Source of the DNA: Escherichia coli O55:H7
Lineage (GTDB): Bacteria > Pseudomonadota > Gammaproteobacteria > Enterobacterales > Enterobacteriaceae
DNA: 32,000 nucleotides
Reading direction: 5' to 3' (one strand)
Assembly (NCBI RefSeq): GCF_013167975.1
Contig: NZ_CP038386.1
Shown here: piece by piece, positions 27,083-32,000 of the stretch
How the letters are laid out: the number at the start of each line of letters is the position of its first letter
Numbering within the stretch: the stretch's first letter is position 1
Translations under genes and position numbers: made by a program
The notes under the pieces: generated by a model
What the model saw: only the letters and a program-made list of their open reading frames with translations
The model's database searches: none
Told to the model about the DNA's origin: nothing

Positions 27083-28186
27083 TTAACGGGTGATCATGTC
27101 ATCACGGTGAACGGCAACCGGGCCGTATTCATATCCCAGTATTGCATCAATTTCTTGCGAGTGGTGTCCGGCAATACGGCGTAATGCATCGCTGTTGTAA
27201 CGACTGACGCCGTGGGCGATATCGCGACCTTCGAGGTTACAAATGCGGATGACTTCACCACGCGAGAAGTTGCCAGTCACGCTTTTAATGCCTTTCGGCA
27301 ACAGGGAGCTGCCGCGTTCAAGAATGGCGGCGGTTGCCCCTTCATCTACCGTGATTTCACCCGCAGGCGGCGCACCGAAAATCCAGCGTTTACGGTTTTC
27401 AAGCGGAGTCGCCTGGGCATGGAACAGCGTACCGACGGAAATGCCTTCCATCACATCACCAATAACGCCCGGCTTGCTGCCCGCGGCAATAATGGTGTCG
27501 ATACCCGCACGGCAAGCCACGTCAGCGGCCTGCAATTTGGTACTCATGCCGCCAGTTCCGAGGCCTGAAACGCTGTCACCAGCAATCGCGCGCAGTGCGT
27601 CATCAATGCCGTAAACATCTTTAATCAGTTCTGCCTGCGGATTGCTGCGCGGGTCAGCGGTATACAAACCTTTTTGATCGGTCAGTAACAACAGTTTATC
27701 GGCACCCGCCAGAATCGCCGCCAGTGCAGAAAGGTTGTCGTTATCGCCGACTTTAATCTCTGCCGTAGCGACAGCATCGTTCTCATTGATTACCGGAACG
27801 ATATTGTTATCGAGCAACGCACGCAGGGTGTCGCGGGCGTTCAGGAAGCGTTCACGGTCTTCCATATCAGCACGAGTCAGCAGCATTTGCCCGACGTGAA
27901 TGCCATAAATCGAAAACAGCTGTTCCCACAGTTGAATCAGTCGACTCTGCCCTACCGCCGCCAGCAGTTGTTTCGAGGCGATAGTCGCTGGCAGTTCCGG
28001 GTAACCCAGGTGCTCACGTCCGGCGGCGATCGCGCCCGACGTCACAATAACAATCCGATGCCCGGCGGCATGTAACTGCGCGCACTGGCGAACAAGTTCA
28101 ACGATATGGGCACGGTTCAGGCGGCGCGATCCGCCTGTTAGCACACTGGTGCCGAGTTTTACCACCAGCGTCTGGCTGTCACTCAT
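27083..28186 (-). CDS. proB: Glutamate 5-kinase
   Basis: 367 aa [95 protein letters not shown]. Confidence 0.97.
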
Positions 28187-28374
28187 GATTCTCTGCCATT
28201 CAATTTTAGGAAAAATGATATCAAACGAACGTTTTAGCAGGACTGTCGTCGGTTGCCAACCATCTGCGAGCAAAGCATGGCGTTTTGTTGCGCGGGATCA
28301 GCAAGCCTAGCGGCAGTTGTTTACGCTTTTATTACAGATTTAATAAATTACCACATTTTAAGAATATCATTAAT

Positions 28375-28392
28375 CTGTAATATATCTTTAAC
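28375..28392 (+). promoter_or_regulatory. Putative Pho box upstream of phoE
   Basis: CTGTAATATATCTTTAAC resembles the CTNTCATANANCTGTCA-type PhoB repeat, about 80 nt upstream of the phoE start. Confidence 0.6.
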
Positions 28393-28473
28393 AATCTCAG
28401 GTTAAAAACTTTCCTGTTTTCAACGGGGCTCTCCCGCAGAATATTCGCGCGTTAATTAAAATCAGGAATGAAA

Positions 28474-29529
28474 ATGAAAAAGAGCACTCTGGCATTAGTG
28501 GTGATGGGCATTGTGGCATCTGCATCCGTACAGGCCGCAGAAATATATAACAAAGACGGTAATAAACTGGATGTCTATGGCAAAGTTAAAGCCATGCATT
28601 ATATGAGTGATAACGACAGTAAAGATGGCGACCAGAGTTATATCCGTTTTGGTTTTAAAGGCGAAACACAAATTAACGATCAACTGACTGGTTATGGTCG
28701 TTGGGAAGCGGAGTTTGCCGGAAATAAAGCGGAGAGTGATACTGCACAGCAAAAAACGCGTCTCGCTTTTGCCGGATTGAAGTATAAAGATTTGGGTTCT
28801 TTCGACTATGGCCGTAACCTGGGCGCGTTGTATGACGTGGAAGCCTGGACCGATATGTTCCCGGAATTTGGTGGCGACTCCTCGGCGCAGACCGACAACT
28901 TTATGACCAAACGCGCCAGCGGTCTGACGACGTATCGGAACACCGACTTCTTCGGCGTTATCGATGGCCTGAACTTAACCCTGCAATATCAAGGGAAAAA
29001 CGAAAACCGCGACGTTAAAAAGCAAAACGGCGATGGCTTCGGCACGTCATTGACATATGACTTTGGCGGCAGCGATTTCGCCATTAGTGGGGCCTATACC
29101 AACTCAGATCGCACCAACGAGCAGAACCTGCAAAGCCGTGGCACAGGCAAGCGTGCAGAAGCTTGGGCTACAGGTCTGAAATACGATGCCAATAATATTT
29201 ATCTGGCAACTTTTTATTCTGAAACACGCAAAATGACGCCAATAACTGGCGGCTTTGCCAATAAGACACAGAACTTTGAAGCGGTCGCTCAATACCAGTT
29301 TGACTTTGGTCTGCGTCCATCGCTGGGTTATGTCTTATCGAAAGGGAAAGATATTGAAGGTATCGGTGATGAAGATCTGGTCAATTATATCGATGTCGGG
29401 GCTACATATTATTTCAACAAAAATATGTCAGCGTTTGTTGATTATAAAATCAACCAACTGGATAGCGATAACAAATTGAATATTAATAATGATGATATTG
29501 TCGCGGTTGGCATGACCTATCAGTTTTAA
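28474..29529 (+). CDS. phoE: Outer membrane phosphoporin PhoE
   Basis: [71 protein letters not shown]...VAVGMTYQF. Confidence 0.97.
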   Translation: MKKSTLALVVMGIVASASVQAAEIYNKDGNKLDVYGKVKAMHYMSDNDSKDGDQSYIRFGFKGETQINDQLTGYGRWEAEFAGNKAESDTAQQKTRLAFAGLKYKDLGSFDYGRNLGALYDVEAWTDMFPEFGGDSSAQTDNFMTKRASGLTTYRNTDFFGVIDGLNLTLQYQGKNENRDVKKQNGDGFGTSLTYDFGGSDFAISGAYTNSDRTNEQNLQSRGTGKRAEAWATGLKYDANNIYLATFYSETRKMTPITGGFANKTQNFEAVAQYQFDFGLRPSLGYVLSKGKDIEGIGDEDLVNYIDVGATYYFNKNMSAFVDYKINQLDSDNKLNINNDDIVAVGMTYQF

Positions 29530-29567
29530 TGATTATTGCCGGATGTGATGCATCCGGCACATTTCAC

Positions 29568-30026
<459 letters not shown>

Positions 30027-31271
30027 TTAACACAAGCGTTTTTCGATCCAGTCGGTGATTTCCTGAAGACCTTTGTCAAAATTCCGATACACCGGGTTAA
30101 ATGGGATCTCTAATAATTTACCGTCAGCAGATGATGAGGTGATTAAGCGTGAGTCCTCTTCCGGGCTGAACGGATCGTTCTTCCAGTAGCCTGATAACAT
30201 TGGCGTTGGGCATCGACGTCCCAGCAATCCTTGCACTTTTAATGAATAGCGATTCAGCTCCACGCGCAACGCTTCGTCGGAAGCATCATGCATCCCCAAA
30301 CGACTCGCCAGAACGTCAAGATACATTTCCGGCACCTGTTGCTGGCACTTAAAATCACTCAACAGGGTATGAACTACCGGACCAAGACAGGCAACCGCTT
30401 TCAGACGCGGCGATTCAAGATATGCCAGACGCACGGCAACGTTAGCGCCGAAACGGAAACCAAAGGCCGCGACGCGAGTGTGATCCACCCACGGTACGTT
30501 AGGCAGAGCCTTTAAGACGCGCTGATGCAACAGGCTGGAGTCCTGGGTGAGCTTCCATTTTGAAGAAAAGCCCACCGACGGCATATCAATAGTCAGCATC
30601 GCAATGCCGCGCGGCGCAAAATAACGTTCATACAGGCTGTAATAGTCCGTCTGCATCGCATCCAGACCACCACACATTAATACCGTCGGGAACGGGCCAT
30701 CGCCTTTCGGCATATGCAAAAAGCCGGTGATGGGCGCACCGCCGGGTACGGTAAACTCCATCTGCCGCATCGTGCCCGGTAGACGCTGAGCGGCCTCTTC
30801 ATAGGCGCGGTTTGACAAAGCCTGCGCTTGCTCGGCCAGGTCATCTCCTTTCAGATGAGGATAGGCGGCAATGTTGTACAACGTAGCCGCATGCAGCCAG
30901 TGACGACCACTGAGTTGCGGATCTTCTTCCGCACAGGCTTTTTGTTGCCACACCATCGCCTGGGTGGCCCACTCATAAATCCAGTTGCCGCCACGGTAGC
31001 CAATCACCGTATCGTATAAATCATCGTCGGTACGTTCGGCATCGCTCATCACAATACGTGCCTGGACGTCGAGGATTTCGCGTGGGTCAATGCCGCGCCA
31101 GATCCACATCAGACGGTTAATCATGCGATACCAGTGAGGGATGGTTTTACCATCAAGGGCCGACTGCACAGGCGGTTGTGCGCCGTGATTAAAGCGGCGG
31201 ACTAGCGTCGAGGTTTCAGGATGTTTAAAGCGGGGTTTGAACAGGGTTTCGCTCAGGTTTGCCTGTGTCAT
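30027..31271 (-). CDS. frsA: FrsA (YafA) esterase/fermentation-respiration switch protein
   Basis: 414 aa [66 protein letters not shown]. Confidence 0.96.
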   Translation of the reverse strand: MTQANLSETLFKPRFKHPETSTLVRRFNHGAQPPVQSALDGKTIPHWYRMINRLMWIWRGIDPREILDVQARIVMSDAERTDDDLYDTVIGYRGGNWIYEWATQAMVWQQKACAEEDPQLSGRHWLHAATLYNIAAYPHLKGDDLAEQAQALSNRAYEEAAQRLPGTMRQMEFTVPGGAPITGFLHMPKGDGPFPTVLMCGGLDAMQTDYYSLYERYFAPRGIAMLTIDMPSVGFSSKWKLTQDSSLLHQRVLKALPNVPWVDHTRVAAFGFRFGANVAVRLAYLESPRLKAVACLGPVVHTLLSDFKCQQQVPEMYLDVLASRLGMHDASDEALRVELNRYSLKVQGLLGRRCPTPMLSGYWKNDPFSPEEDSRLITSSSADGKLLEIPFNPVYRNFDKGLQEITDWIEKRLC

Positions 31272-31362
31272 GGATGCAGCCTCCAGAATACTTACTGGAA
31301 ACTATTGTAACTCGCCTGAAGTTAAAAAGAACAACGCCCGGCAGTGCCAGGCGTTGAAAAGA

Positions 31363-31821
31363 TTAGCGACCGGAGATTGGCGGGACGAATACGACGCCCA
31401 TATCCCACGGCTGTTCGATCCAGGTATCTTGCGGGATATCAACAACATAATCATCAACCAGCGGACGACCAGCCGGTTTTGCAAAGATGGTGACAAAGTG
31501 CGCTTTTGGATACATTTCACGAATCGCAACCGCAGTACCACCGGTATCCACCAGGTCATCAATAACGATGAAGCCTTCGCCATCGCCTTCTGCGCGTTTC
31601 AGCACTTTAAGCTCGCGCTGGTTGTCGTGATCGTAGCTGGAAATACAAACGGTATCGACATGACGAATACCCAGTTCACGCGCCAGTAACGCACCCGGTA
31701 CCAGACCGCCACGGCTTACGGCAATAATGCCTTTCCATTGTTCAGAAGGCATCAGTCGGCTTGCGAGTTTACGTGCATGGATCTGCAACATGTCCCAGGT
31801 GACGATGTATTTTTCGCTCAT
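31363..31821 (-). CDS. gpt: Xanthine-guanine phosphoribosyltransferase
   Basis: 152 aa [98 protein letters not shown]. Confidence 0.97.
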
Positions 31822-32000
31822 GTGAAGTGTCCCAGCCTGTTTATCTACGGCTTAAAAAGTGTTCGAGGGGAAAATAGGTTGCGCGAGATTATAGAGATCT
31901 GGCGCACTAAAAACCAGTATTTCACATGAGTCCGCGTCTTTTTACGCACTGCCTCTCCCTGACGCGGGATAAAGTGGTATTCTCAAACATATCTCGCAAG

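Noticed and set aside
27243-27614. Plus-strand 123-aa ORF antisense to proB
   Set aside because: Antisense to a conserved housekeeping gene; expected artefact of codon bias.

Overview
This window covers the early, immunity, lysis and head-gene part of a lambdoid prophage integrated at the thrW tRNA gene of an Escherichia coli-type chromosome (about 1..25613, late genes on the minus strand). It is followed by ordinary chromosomal backbone: thrW, proA, proB, phoE, crl, frsA, gpt. Identifications come from reading the sequence and from recalled family knowledge; no database search was run. The prophage is a mosaic. The integrase and excisionase are P22-like. The recombination, N, ral, sieB, cIII/kil, cII/O/P and nin genes are close to lambda. 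The immunity cassette is not lambda's, and lysis uses a phage 21-type pinholin plus SAR endolysin. A NanS-p sialate O-acetylesterase sits where Stx phages carry it, but no stx genes are present. Most notable observations: (1) an apparent deletion at a 10-nt junction removes the 3' end of the terminase large subunit gene, gpW and the 5' part of the portal gene, so packaging is probably defective; (2) a small exported protein gene has a start codon overlapping the cI stop, a candidate lysogen-expressed moron; (3) six ACAA-N6-TTGT operator sites flank the swapped immunity cassette; (4) an atypical tRNA cassette (Asn-GTT, Thr-TGT, Gly-TCC) lies between two terminators; (5) two opposite-strand hairpin/poly-T elements between nanS-p and holin look like small RNA genes; (6) a PerC-like regulator and a ribbon-helix-helix protein lie between Rz and cos; (7) a distinctive CATGTCCGGTT repeat set lies in the cosB position; (8) an internal Nu3-type start precedes three degenerate repeats in the scaffold; (9) tiny early ORFs run through terminator hairpins. 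I did not find a clearly new multi-gene defence system. The cI-coupled gene, the opposite-strand RNA candidates and the Rz-cos pair are the best leads.
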